From Chara braunii (taxonomy: Eukaryota > Plantae > Charophyceae): 64,000 nucleotides of DNA. Below, one piece after another: positions 25,645-37,518 of this stretch. The position numbers and the translations under genes are program-made. Location of the stretch: NCBI GenBank assembly GCA_003427395.1, contig BFEA01000027.1:1767086-1831085 (forward strand), given 5' to 3'. The notes beneath the pieces were generated by a model. It did no database searches. It saw nothing but the letters and a program-made list of their open reading frames with translations, and had not been told where the DNA came from. The stretch's first letter is position 1, and each line of letters begins with the position of its first letter.

Positions 25645-28600
25645 TCAATCAGAGTCCTTGCATAGTGCATCATAGGCGTAGATAGCAAAGAGAGATCGCG
25701 CGTGTTCCGTAGGAGTCAGGGTAGCAGTGAATTTTGGTTGCTGTTCAGCACTTATCAACCGTTCATAGGCATTCACGACACGCGGTGCACTCTGCAGCAA
25801 GTCTTTCCTAGCAATCCAATAGAAATCGTCCAACGGATGGTACAGAAAATGGACTTTGTACTGTCTGTTTCTTCCCTTCCCACTGTGTTCGACAATCCTA
25901 TCAACCTCATGTCCACCATTGATTGCACGGGGAATCATTGACTCTCGGTATTTGAAAGTCTCAGGTGATTCATACGGAAACAACTTTGACGCATGAAAGA
26001 CTGGGTATGTGCGCAAATGTGCAGGCACATCAATCGTGTAAGAAGGACCGAAGGAATCACTTCCTACCTGGTTCAAGACCTGCCACGGACCGTAGTACTG
26101 AGGAAGAAGTTTTCGTGATACACCTTCTTCTTCAGAAAACTCAGACATTTTGACCCAAACATAACTTCCCATTGTGAAAGGCGCAGGCTGGCGCTTCTTG
26201 TTTGCATGTTTGATCATGGCACTGCGTCGCCTTTCCATAGCTGCGACAGCAACCTTGAGCAACCGATCGTACTTAGCGCTGTAGCCTGGCTGGCCAGGTG
26301 TCAGACCAGGAGGCTGTTCCGGGAACAGGTAGGATAGAGGATTGCGAATTTTCCATCCAAGATGCAGTCGGTTAGGCGTCATCCCGGTGGAAGAGTGGAT
26401 GGAGTTGTTATACAACCCCTGCACGATTGGCAATTCCTCATCTCAAGAGTTCTGATCAGGCACAATTAAGGCTCGGAGAAGTTGTATCACCGTCTGGTTG
26501 ATCTCCTCGGCCAGTCCATTGGCTTCGGGATGTCGACCAGTTGTCATCTTGAGTTTCATGTCATAGACCTGGGAGGTGAAGTCCTTCCATTCTGCGCTTA
26601 TGAACCTAGTGTCCCGGTCACTCACAAGAGTTTCCGGGGGCCCACACTGCAGAATGTATCTTTTGTGAAACTCTTTGATAACAAGGTCAGTTGGGGCATG
26701 AGGTGGTAGTGGAACACATTCAAAAACTTCGAAAAACGATCGACAATCACCATAACTTGGGAATAACCGTTTCTGCTCTTCTTCCCCATGTCCGTGAAGT
26801 CAATAGAAACAGACTCCCCCGGACCGTCAGGAATAGGAAGAGGGTGCAGCAGCCCATAAGGCTTCTGCCGAGACGGTTTAATGCGTTGACAAACTTCACA
26901 CTCAGCCACAAACCTTCGCGCCATCCTTTTCATACCAGGCCACACAAACTTTTCCAACAGATTCCCGTATGTCTTCTCAACACCGAAATGTCCACTCCGG
27001 CCATGAGCCAAATCCAAGAAGTGAGTGATGATTGGCTCATGGTTGGGTACACACAACCGGTCATGCTTACCGTAGCGTCGGAAGAGAAGGCCCTTACAGT
27101 CATGGAAATCAGGCTGACTACTAGGGTCAGCCCGAATCTGCTCAAGGATGGGACTGAGTTCCGGATCCGTGGCAGTGTGCTCAATGAGTTCCTTCTGTAA
27201 GTCCTTGCGAAGATCGTAGGAAACCACTAGGCAAGTCATGTACTCAGGGTGGCGAGACAAAGCATCCGCAACACGATTATAGCAGCCTTTCTTGTGTTTT
27301 AGTTCAAAATCGTACACATCAATCTCATGCAGCCAGCGGGTCAGCGTAGTTGATGGGTTTATCTGTGTCTAAATCCACTTCAAAGTCTCATGATTCGAGA
27401 ACACTTTGAAATGGCGACCCAAGAGGTAGTGTTTCCAATGGTCTAGTGCCTCTCTCAAGGCATAGAGCTCTCTCATGTAAGTGGAGGCAGCTACCTTGTG
27501 GCTGGGCATGNGTTTGCTGTAGTATTCCAGCGGACGTAAACCATCACCATCATCTTGCTGCAGCACTGCACCAATCCCATACAAACTTGCATCCGTAGTT
27601 ACTACGAATGTAAGCTTGGGATCTGCAATGCGGAGCACCGGATGACTCACCAAAGCCTCCTTTAGTGCTTCGAAGGTTGTCATGCACTCCTCATCCCATG
27701 TATAGGACACATTCTTGCTGGTTAGTCTAGACAATGGACGGGCAATGATTTAGGCACAAACTTACGGTAGTACGACGCAAGACCAAGAAAAGAATGCAAC
27801 TCGCGGACATTCGCAGGTTGGGCCCAGTTTTGAATGACCTCAACCTTGGTTGCCTCGGGCTCTAGGCCTGCAGCAGACAACCGATGTCCAAGGTAGATGA
27901 CGCTGTCCCTCCCAAACTCAGATTTCTCCAAGTTGAGATGGAGTTGCGCGTCCTTGAGGATCTGCATCACTTCCTCAAGGTGTCTCATGTGCTCCTCCAT
28001 TGATTTGTTGAAGATAAGAATGTCATGCAGATATACAACAACAAATCGGTTGATCTGATTGCGAAACACTTTGTCCATGAGACTTTGAAAGGTGGCTGGT
28101 GCATTCGTGAGACCGAAGGGCATAACTGTAAACTCATACAGCCCATCGCGAGTTTTGAATGCAGTTTTGTGTTGTTCTGCAGGTTCGACCTCAATCTGGT
28201 GGTAGCCATACTTGAGATCAATCTTGCTGAAGACTTTGCAACCACCTGCAGCATCAAGCAGATCATCGATACGTGGCAAAGGGTATGCATTCTTTCTTGT
28301 GATTCTATTCAATCTGCGGTAGTCAGTACACATCCGCAGTTTGCCTCCCTTCTTAGGAACAAACAACACTGGTGCACCAAATTCAGACTCACTGGGTTTG
28401 ATCCATCCCTTCCCAATCATCTCATCAATCTGTCGTCGCAACTCCTCCAATTCGCCTGAGCCCATTCGATAGACACAGCCTTTTGGAGGGGTGCTACCTT
28501 CAATCAACTCGATTTTGTGTCGGACCGGTCGCACGGGAACTCCATGCGGTTCGGCCAAGACCTCAGGGAACCGGTTGAGAAGGTTGCGGATTTCNGGTGG

Positions 28601-29009
28601 GATTTNNGGAGGGGGATCATCACTCTCAGGAGCCAGCATACCAGATTGCATAGGTGCAGCCAAGACAACAGATTTTGCAGCAGAATCACTTGGACTAGAG
28701 ATGGATTTAGTAGAGGTAGAAGTAGCTTCCGAGGTGGAAACAAACCAGCTTCGTTCTCCCTTGCGCGCGTTCTTGCTTCATATGAGCCCAGCGCGTCAAC
28801 AGAGCATGGAAGTCAATCTCTTCCGAATCTACCCAAGGCTCTTTATATAGGATGTGGATTTTCTCAGCCTTGGAATCAGCATCAGATGGGGTCTTAGGAG
28901 AAGTTTGCTGAGTGGGATCAGAATCCAGAGAAGGAGTGATACTTACATGTTCAGCCTCTCCATCTGTAGAGTGTGCCGATGATGCCTCTACCCCCGTTGT
29001 TGGTTTCCC
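25645..29009 (-). pseudogene. pol: Disrupted pol: RT, RNase H, integrase, chromodomain
   Basis: LRMCTDYRRLN, MPFGLTNAPATFQ, YLHD (YLDD mutated), TDAS, H..H/CEVC zinc finger, SIDF, SDRD, GPW and chromodomain, split by frameshifts and stops. Confidence 0.93.
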
Positions 29010-30655
29010 TGCTGCAATCTAAAGCATTGTTGGACTGAATGTCCCAGTTTGGTGCAATGCAGGCAAACCCCTTTCTTCACCCTGTGTTTCCACTCGCTTT
29101 CACTGATCCGAAGATCTACCCATGGTTTTGTGGCAGGATTTTCCGGTTTGGGTGGAATTTTTGCCCCCTTAGGAAGAAGAATAGTGTTAGTGTTGTTCTT
29201 CATTGTGGTCCTTGGTCCCTTACTCTTAAAGGCAGTCTTCTTAAAGGCATTCATGGATTCTTCATCATTCACATACTCAGACTCATGGGCTGACAAAGAG
29301 CAAGATGCCCCGCAGTCTTGCGCTTGATCGTCATCAAGAGAAGATTCATCTACGAGGGTCTCCTCTTCAGCCTCAAGCAGATCATGTGTTGCAAAACGGT
29401 TGCTGCCTGAAAACCGTTTGCGGCTGGTGGCCTTTTTGCCACTTGATCCACCCGGGAGGTCTTGTGCCTCCAGCTTGACTAAGTCAAGCATGCGGGTAAG
29501 CCAATCTGTATATCCGCTGAGCCCGAGCCCTAGGCGATCTTTTAGAGTAGAGGGGACTGTTCCTTTTATCACATCCAAACAGGACTGCGCAGTCATCTCC
29601 AGATCCGGAGTAGCAAAGAGTTTACTCACATACTGCTGCAGAATGTGCATGGTGCCGGTCCACTTGATGTGCTTGAGTTTATCAAGCTTGAGTCTTGCTT
29701 TAGCTGCAGCATGTGGATCAGCGTATTGTTTAATCAAGAGATCCTCAAATGCGGCAGTAGGCGTAACCTTCAACCATTTGTTCAGGTCTATTCTCTTATA
29801 GCCTGATTGGACAGCTTGGGTTTCCAAGAAACCTCTCACGACGGGCTCCACATTGGTCCCTAGGATAGACGACTGAGTGGACGGGGGTGTCCCCAACACG
29901 TCAAAGTAGGATCGCATGGAGCTGATCCAAGACTCGACGTCGTCCTTTCCGTCATACTTGGACGGAATCTGCGCCGCCTTCCTGTCGATGTAAGCAAAGC
30001 TGCCGCCTGGCCCAGCCATTGCTGGGTCCGGGCCCGGGGCTGCAACAGTTCCAAAAGTCCCTGCACCACCACTTGCCGCTGCGGCAGCAGCAGCAGCAGC
30101 AGCAGCGGGGTCTGGACCTGCTGCAGATCCACTTTGGCTGTTAACCACACTCAAAGAAGAAGAAGAAGTAGAAGGAGAAGAAGTAGACGTAGTCAGAGGA
30201 GCAAAACTGGACTGACACGCAGCATTGGAGGCAGGGTAGGTGAGTGAAGAGACGATTTGAGCCTGCTGCGAACTAGCAAACTGTTGCAGCTGATCGCGGT
30301 GCTGCTGCGCCATCTTGGCCATGTCTTCGCGCAACTCCTTGAGCTGCTTAAACACCTGTGCGAGTTGGCCAGTATGGTCCTCAGCAACCCTAACCCCTGC
30401 TAAGTCTCTGAGGAGGGGAACCGTTTTCTCTTCTACCTCCTCATCAGTCAGAGCGGACACGGTGCTAAGGACGGCCTCGTGAGCCTGCACCTTATCCTTT
30501 CTCTCTCTCTCTTTCTCTTCCTCCTCCCTCTTCAAGGCTTTCTCGTAGAAGAACTGATACTGCGGTTTTTCTGCCTCAGGGGCAGTGTCCATTTGCAGTT
30601 TCCAATCTGCTGCAGATGCCATGATGGAGGATGAGGGTGTCAGTAAGACTCTCAA
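28988..30655 (-). CDS. gag: Gag (capsid domain plus CCHC zinc knuckle)
   Basis: Open 555-aa ORF containing IPSKYDGKDDVESWI and CLHCTKLGHSVQQC. Confidence 0.9.
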   Translation of the reverse strand: MRVLLTPSSSIMASAADWKLQMDTAPEAEKPQYQFFYEKALKREEEEKERERKDKVQAHEAVLSTVSALTDEEVEEKTVPLLRDLAGVRVAEDHTGQLAQVFKQLKELREDMAKMAQQHRDQLQQFASSQQAQIVSSLTYPASNAACQSSFAPLTTSTSSPSTSSSSLSVVNSQSGSAAGPDPAAAAAAAAAAASGGAGTFGTVAAPGPDPAMAGPGGSFAYIDRKAAQIPSKYDGKDDVESWISSMRSYFDVLGTPPSTQSSILGTNVEPVVRGFLETQAVQSGYKRIDLNKWLKVTPTAAFEDLLIKQYADPHAAAKARLKLDKLKHIKWTGTMHILQQYVSKLFATPDLEMTAQSCLDVIKGTVPSTLKDRLGLGLSGYTDWLTRMLDLVKLEAQDLPGGSSGKKATSRKRFSGSNRFATHDLLEAEEETLVDESSLDDDQAQDCGASCSLSAHESEYVNDEESMNAFKKTAFKSKGPRTTMKNNTNTILLPKGAKIPPKPENPATKPWVDLRISESEWKHRVKKGVCLHCTKLGHSVQQCFRLQQGNQQRG

Positions 30656-32086
30656 GAGGGGTCCGTACTTCCTCTCAGCTTTGCGACGACACTCCTCTTC
30701 CCTCTCCTCACTCCCTCAAGAGCAACACTCAATAACTTCTCTCTTCTCTCTCTCTCTCTCGTTTGCGACCGTGTAGACGCAGACATTAATGAACCCAATG
30801 AAAGAAACAGCTTGAAATCATTCAGAAGATAAGGTAGAACTCCTAGCCGGAGCGACAATTCATTTGGACTGGAGACCAGTCAAAACAGCAAAAAAAAAAG
30901 GATCAAAGAGATCTGATCCAGCCACACAATCTGGACTGCCTACGTATGGGGTTCTCCCAAGCCTAGCCAACCTCAGCTCCGTGAAAACACAGCAAATCAG
31001 ATTCAAGATGTACAGCGAAATGCAAGAGAGAATTGAGTGGTGTATAAGGTGCGAGTCAGGCGGCGGATTGCGAGGTAAAGTCTGATAAAACGTCCCAGCG
31101 GAGATCCCCTCCGCAGCGAGTGTCCTGGTCCGAAAGCATAGAGTCCGTATCCCTATCAGATAGAGCAAGGTAACTGACGTCAACAGATTTGGCCTGAGGG
31201 GCCCTTCTTGTTTGGGCCCGGTCCCACTGAGTCCCAAATGGTCCCAGTGGAGTCAAAACCGGGTCCCAACCAACAAGAGTTCCACGGAGGCCTACTCTGT
31301 CCCTACTTGAATTGAAAAACGAAATTTTGCCCCAGAAAGAACCTGTAGACTACCGCCGTTCAGAATGAAATAAACAAAGCACTGTAGAAAGATATCACAT
31401 AGCAAACAAGATACTCCATTCATTCACTCATCAGGTGAGTAGGCAGTTCACACACCTCACACACAATCAAGACTATGGAGGATGGAAGAAGAACCCAGAG
31501 AACCCCAACAGGGAGTCAACTCCATGCACACACACATGGGCACCCTGGTGGCACGACACTTACCTGAGTGGCCGGGCTCTTGAGATGAAAAGCTCACCCC
31601 CCTCTCACATAGTCCTCCTAACCCAATTAGCATCCTCTAAAAGGTGTCCTATCATCTAGGAGGGTCAACATCTACCCCAAAGTACAAAGCCGGATCCCCC
31701 GTCGATGTTGAAGATCAAAGCAGCAACTTGCAGTCCGTAGGTGCAGATATGGCTGCCACCCTCAAGCTCGCCTACTTGAGGGGAGCCCTAAAGTCACTCC
31801 TCGACTTCCCTGAAGTTCAGATTCAAGTTGTAGGTGCCCTTCACTGTCGCCTCTCTCAAATTGCATTACGAAGTCCCACCTTGTGTCTCGCCACCATAAA
31901 CATGCATTCAAACAACCTGGCCGGGTCTAGTGTCGACCCTACACGGCCCTGCCAGGTGGGAGCAGCTTCCCTTTACCACGCTGCCCCACTTAACCCTAAC
32001 TTCCAGCTCTAACCCTAAGTGGTAGCCCTTACCACTAGGGTTAGGGTTATGGCAGCCAAGTCAACTCTCGCCAACAAGTAGAATCC

Positions 32087-32098
32087 GCTCTGATACCA
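32087..32098 (-). promoter_or_regulatory. Primer-binding site, tRNA-iMet (TGGTATCAGAGC)
   Basis: Exact canonical plant iMet PBS, 1 nt inside the 5' LTR. Confidence 0.95.
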
Positions 32099-32099
32099 A

Positions 32100-32864
32100 T
32101 GTTACGATCCTGGCCACTTTTGAAGTCCACAATCATCAAAAAGTACAATGTTGTCCAATTGCGAAAAGAAATGAATGAACTTGAGCCCAATGCCGTCCAA
32201 TTGCAAAAGAAATGAAAGAACTTGAGAGGAGAGANNNNNNNNNNNNNNNNNNNNNNNNNNNNNNNNNNNNNNNNNNNNNNNNNNNNNNNNNNNNNNNNNN
32301 NNNNNNNNNNNNNNNNNNNNNNNNNNNNNNNNNNNNNNNNNNNNNNNNNNNNNNNNNNNNNNNNNNNNNNNNNNNNNNNNNNNNNNNNNNNNNNNNNNNN
32401 NNNNNNNNNNNNNNNNNNNNNNNNNNNNNNNNNNNNNNNNNNNNNNNNNNNNNNNNNNNNNNNNNNNNNNNNNNNNNNNNNNNNNNNNNNNNNNNNNNNN
32501 NNNNNNNNNNNNNNNNNNNNNNNNNNNNNNNNNNNNNNNNNNNNNNNNNNNNNNNNNNNNNNNNNNNNNNNNNNNNNNNNNNNNNNNNNNNNNNNNNNNN
32601 NNNNNNNNNNNNNNNNNNNNNNNNNNNNNNNNNNNNNNNNNNNNNNNNNNNNNNNNNNNNNNNNNNNNNNNNNNNNNNNNNNNNNNNNNNNNNNNNNNNN
32701 NNNNNNNNNNNNNNNNNNNNNNNNNNNNNNNNNNNNNNNNNNNNNNNNNNNNNNNNNNNNNNNNNNNNNNNNNNNNNNNNNNNNNNNNNNNNNNNNNNNN
32801 NNNNNNNNNNNNNNNNNNNNNNNNNNNNNNNNNNNNNNNNNNNNNNNNNNNNNNNNNNNNNNNN

Positions 32865-32935
<71 letters not shown>

Positions 32936-33580
32936 CGTGCCTTGCCGCATGGCAGTTGGATCGATAGAGTCCAACCTTCGCCTCTAGATATAGCAGCCTA
33001 CTTGCCTCTTGGGCGGTGACTTCCAGGCCGCTCGGCCTCTCCAAGCAACCGGTACTTCCTTGGTTTCGGAGGGAAACATCATTGCAGACCCTGATATTAC
33101 CCGTACAGGCTCTAGACTCAGACTGGTTGGACTGGTACCGGCCTAGACCTACCCTACCGCTACTGGACTCTAAAAATGCCAACTTTGTCTTTTTCTGCTC
33201 GGCCTCCAGTACCCCTCACGCCAACTGCAGTGGGGTGCAGTATCGGCCTACCGGCCTGCTTGAGTGTTTTTCCCCTACCCCAAGGGCCTCAGGGCCGCTA
33301 GCTTCGCCACTTCAGTGTTTTTCCCTGCTACAACCCTCAATGCCATGGCCACAGGTAAGTACCGCCCCTACGGGCCTACCAAACAAGCAAGTACCCTTGC
33401 GGGTCACACACGCACTCATACCGACAAGCACTCAGACAGGCATGCAGGTCACAAGCACACACCCAGAGACAGACTTAGAAAACACAGCAGAATGAGGGAA
33501 TCTCATCAAGGCATCCATTCCATCGGCAGAACTTCAGAAATCAGCAGTGTTCTCAGTCTGTGTTTTGACGGGTCATTACA
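32100..33580 (-). repeat. 5' LTR of the chromovirus (contains an N-gap and a (GA)n tract)
   Basis: Same termini as the 3' LTR; adjacent to the PBS. Confidence 0.95.
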
Positions 33581-33654
33581 TTTATTTATTTTCTAAGATT
33601 GGACAAGTACTCTTTCGCTGAATCATTTGCAGACTGACAAGTAGATCATCCCAC

Positions 33655-33673
33655 AACGGATGTCCCGAAGGAC
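33655..33673 (-). pseudogene. U6: U6 5' stem-loop fragment
   Basis: GTCCTTCGGGACATCCGTT. Confidence 0.65.
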
Positions 33674-33850
33674 TGTTTTTACTAAGATGAGTGCAATTCC
33701 CACGCAAGTGGTGCTCCCCACCAATAGACTGAAGCCATCCCCTGGCCTGCTAGTGGTGTGTGTTTGTACCACCTCCACTAGCACGGGCCGGTAGATGTTT
33801 TTGTTTTTCCTTTTTTTTTAAGCACAAGTCCCACACATAAATATGAAAAG

Positions 33851-33941
33851 GTCCTTCGGTACATCCGTTAAAATTGGAACAATACAGAGAAGATTAGCTT
33901 GGCCCCTGCACAAGGATGACATTGATAAACCAAGAAATGGT
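33851..33941 (+). pseudogene. U6: U6 snRNA copy
   Basis: High similarity to plant U6, including the ACAGAGA box; catalytic-region substitution and no T-terminator. Confidence 0.88.
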
Positions 33942-34093
33942 AGGAAGGGGGGGGGGGGGGGGGGAGGGGAACGTAAATATGGAAAGAACTTTAAAGAAGT
34001 TAAAAAAAAACAAGTAGATCCTCCCACACACAAACATGACAAGTTTTTCCCAAAAAAAAAAAAAAAAGGAAAAACATGAGAAGTTGAAAAGAG

Positions 34094-34608
34094 CTAAGCT
34101 GGGCCGTCGCCCGGTCAGGCATGTCCGGGCCAGCTGTGCCGGGGGGGATCGCCCAGCAAAACCAGGCGGGTCAAAAAAGAGGGAAGGATCTCCAAAAAAA
34201 AGAAACTGACTTCAGGCCGGGACTGGGCTCGGCCTGAACAGTCAGAATCCGGCCTTACCTTCCATTTCGGTGGTGGGTCACCCAGGAGTGTTTGAGGGGT
34301 ATAAGTTACTGTAAACAGTGACTAGAGGGGTTTAAAAGGGTGTATCTTACCTCATTTCTCCTCATTTATTTTTTATCCTAAAATTAATGTTGAATTTCGA
34401 GGAGACCCTCAGCCAAAAGTTGCTTGTACTGCAATTTTATACAACATTTTTTTTCCCAGATTTTTTTGAATGTTCTGAATTTTTTTTTTTTTTTAATATT
34501 ATGCACTGGGGCTTCCCGGGACCCTGCCCGGCCACTGCCCGGCCCGGGCCGCCTGGGAGGGTACCCAGGCGACCTTCCCCCAGCCGGGCCGCCTGAGGAC
34601 CAGCCTAG
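34094..34608. mobile_element. hAT-type MITE
   Basis: TIR CTARGCTGG, perfect 8-bp TSD GAAAAGAG. Confidence 0.88.
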
Positions 34609-34968
34609 GAAAAGAGCTGTTTTTTTACTTCATTATTTTCTAAGGTGAGGACATGTACTCTTTCACTGAATCTTTGGCTCACTGACAAGTGCACGACGAC
34701 AGGGATACTGTCATCTGAACTTGTCTCCCTCCCACTCTTTCTCATTTGCCACGAGACACGCATGCCGACACAATGTGTCCGAGACAGCGTCCAAGTTTGC
34801 GAAGACTGACATGAGGAAAAGCCTGTCAAGAGAGCAGTAGTGAGGAGACAAAGGAGTAAATTTGCAGCACACTCCCAAGATAAGAAGAGCGAAAAACATT
34901 AGGTAGGTGGTCATGCAAGCCACGCAGGAATGGATACGGGCAATAGCATGGGATCGATGAATACACAC

Positions 34969-35057
34969 AGGCCAGGAAGAGTCGTTATCTTCGGATTCCA
35001 TGATGCGAAGTTCGCTTTGCAATATTGCTGTACCTGTGGAACATGAAAGATTTCATC
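34969..35057 (-). CDS. ALG10: ALG10 (Dol-P-Glc alpha-1,2-glucosyltransferase) internal exon, DEIFHVPQVQQYCKANFASWNPKITTLPGL
   Basis: Matches the DIE2/ALG10 N-terminal motif DEIFHxPQxQxYC...WxPxITTxPGL; flanked by ttgcag| and |gtgtgt splice sites. Confidence 0.92.
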
Positions 35058-36406
35058 CTGCAAGTTGCAACCACAATACAATTCAGGTTCAAAACCAGTG
35101 ATTACTGCCATATATACATGCATGTGCGTCGTCTTGACTTTGTCCCAGACACAGCATCGGAAAACAGCATCAGAACACAGCATCGCAGCACTCTTTCGAA
35201 TTTCTAGCAACCAGAATAACCGAGTGCTGACTCGACAGTGCCCAGCCTATGTTCTCGTGCAGTTGTGAATGAGGAAAGCTGTCAAGACCAGGCTGCCATA
35301 ACAGAGTGCTGGTATAACACTGATGAAATGAACAGTTTCAAACACGCAAGCCTACGGCAAAGGATACAATGATGCATCATTGAGCTCATCACCGGTGACG
35401 GAGAATGCTACCAGCTGTAAACCACAGCTTAACCACCCCCACAACCGTGCTGCCAGTGTCCCGCACAATCTAACAAAGTGGCATAGCGGGTGATGACGCA
35501 TTGCAAATGTATAGAGGGTCTCAGGGTAAGAGAAAACAAAGTTGTGAAGGCAATGCAGGGGAGCCACCAAGCAGAAAGGCATCAACTTAAGCAAATGGCA
35601 ATGGCTAATTAGTAAGTACTACTTTTGTAATTAGTAGGTACTAGTTATGTCATTTGCTATCATCCTCGACGTACATTTGTTTTGAGCCATTGCGGCCACT
35701 GCTCTTAATAGGATGGAAGCAATGCTGCAAAAGAGAAGATTGGTGGATGAAAAGATGGAGTCCTTTTTCACGTTATGCCAGTTGCTATCATCTCCTTCTC
35801 ATAACCACCTGCCTCCACTATCATCTATTGCCATTCACGGCCTATACACACTCGTTTGCACCACCCATCAGTCTATTTTTTCGTTCTGTGACAGCACTCA
35901 TGTTCAGCAGCCCGCAATGACTCCATGCCCTGCACCAGGCCAAAACCCACACCTGACCTGTGCACAGAGGCCTTGTGCTGTACGCCTGACCTGGCCTGCA
36001 GGAGTGCTGCATGCTGTTTTGCAGGATTGCAATGGCGGATCATACCACTCCATAGAGATCTTAACATCGCCAACCAGCTGATGACATTTTAATTTCGCAT
36101 GTTGATTAATGGAGGAGGGATGGCAATGCATTAACTATTAACTAAGAAGGGCAGACAATGCATTAACTCTGCCCTGCCATGTGTCAATTTATGACGTAAT
36201 AATACGGTAATATACATGTCATCTTGCAGAAATCCAGTATACAACGCTAGCTGTCCCAGCCTAGCTGTACCTACCCAAGCAATAGCTAAGCAGCACCTGA
36301 TCTACTGTCGTGCATACCAAGGGCTCAGCCCCACATGGGTCTAATCATGCAAACGTGCATGAGAAAGAGCTTGTGTGCCAGACGGGGAAGGGGTGGAGCG
36401 ACACAC

Positions 36407-36490
<84 letters not shown>

Positions 36491-37171
36491 ACCACGCGAG
36501 TGTCCCATACCTGTATAGAGTCTGTGTTTTCACGTGGTTTCATGTGTTTTCAATTTGCCCGTGCTATTTTGGAAAAATGAGTTGTTTGTCCCTTTTTACT
36601 GTCCCCAAAAAGGTTTTGACCAAAAGCGAGTAGGCCTTAAAAAAAGAGACAACGCAGGGTATCAGAACCTTCCGGTCACTCTGCACCGTACCTGGAAAGT
36701 GCCAGAGTATGGTTGCACTGCCCCACGGAAAGTTCTATCTGGGCCAGTTCCCGCAAAGAGGTCAGGCCCAGAGGCTGACCGACTGCCTGGCCAACAATAT
36801 ATAAGGCCAGCCAGTCCAGTCAAAGACACAGTAGTTGATGCCTCCAGGCTGTCTCAACTCTGACTGAAGAAAGTCTCGCTTGCACTCCCCGACCGCTGAA
36901 GAAGACTCGTGAACTTGCACTGGCCTGCAGCTACAGGCACCAGGCTATGGCAGTCTCTGGTTGTTGACCTCTCGGTGGAGGTGAGACCATGTTCACTGCT
37001 GGATAATGATGATACTTGTAAAAGGCGTAAAAGAGGTTGGAGGGAGAAAGTAGAGTCGGACTGATCTATGTCTGCATTCGGCAGTGACTTGAGTGTGTGG
37101 TGATTTGAGTTGTTCTGGGCAGTTGTGGGTATAAGTGTGATATGACAGGATGGCACAAGGTACATCAGATC

Positions 37172-37266
<95 letters not shown>

Positions 37267-37267
37267 N

Positions 37268-37351
<84 letters not shown>

Positions 37352-37369
37352 TGAGATGTTGGCCTGCCC

Positions 37370-37518
37370 TTAAACCGCCAGTACACGGCCCCAGCCTTGC
37401 TGAAAAGAAAACTCGTCGCCTACGAAATCTTTGGAGGGCCAGCGCCGTAGATAAATTGAATCGGCGGTGGGCTCCGAAAAGGGCCCGCTGCCGATAGCTG
37501 GATGTACTCGTGGTTTAA
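37370..37518. mobile_element. TTAA-flanked MITE
   Basis: TTAAACCGCCAGTAC...GTACTCGTGGTTTAA. Confidence 0.72.

Larger units (their letters stand above)
24232..33580 (-). mobile_element. Full-length, decayed Ty3/gypsy chromovirus LTR retrotransposon
   Basis: Two TG...CA LTRs, PBS, PPT, gag-RT-RNaseH-IN-chromodomain order, 4-bp TTTA duplication on both flanks. Confidence 0.97.

Noticed and set aside
33826-33850. USE-like GTCCCACA upstream of a U6 copy
   Set aside because: Only about 14 bp from +1, incompatible with plant USE-TATA spacing, and the motif recurs downstream as a flanking repeat.
34860-35900. Possible MULE transposase remnant on the plus strand
   Set aside because: The best-looking part is the antisense of the ALG10 DEIFHVPQ exon, and the rest is too weak.
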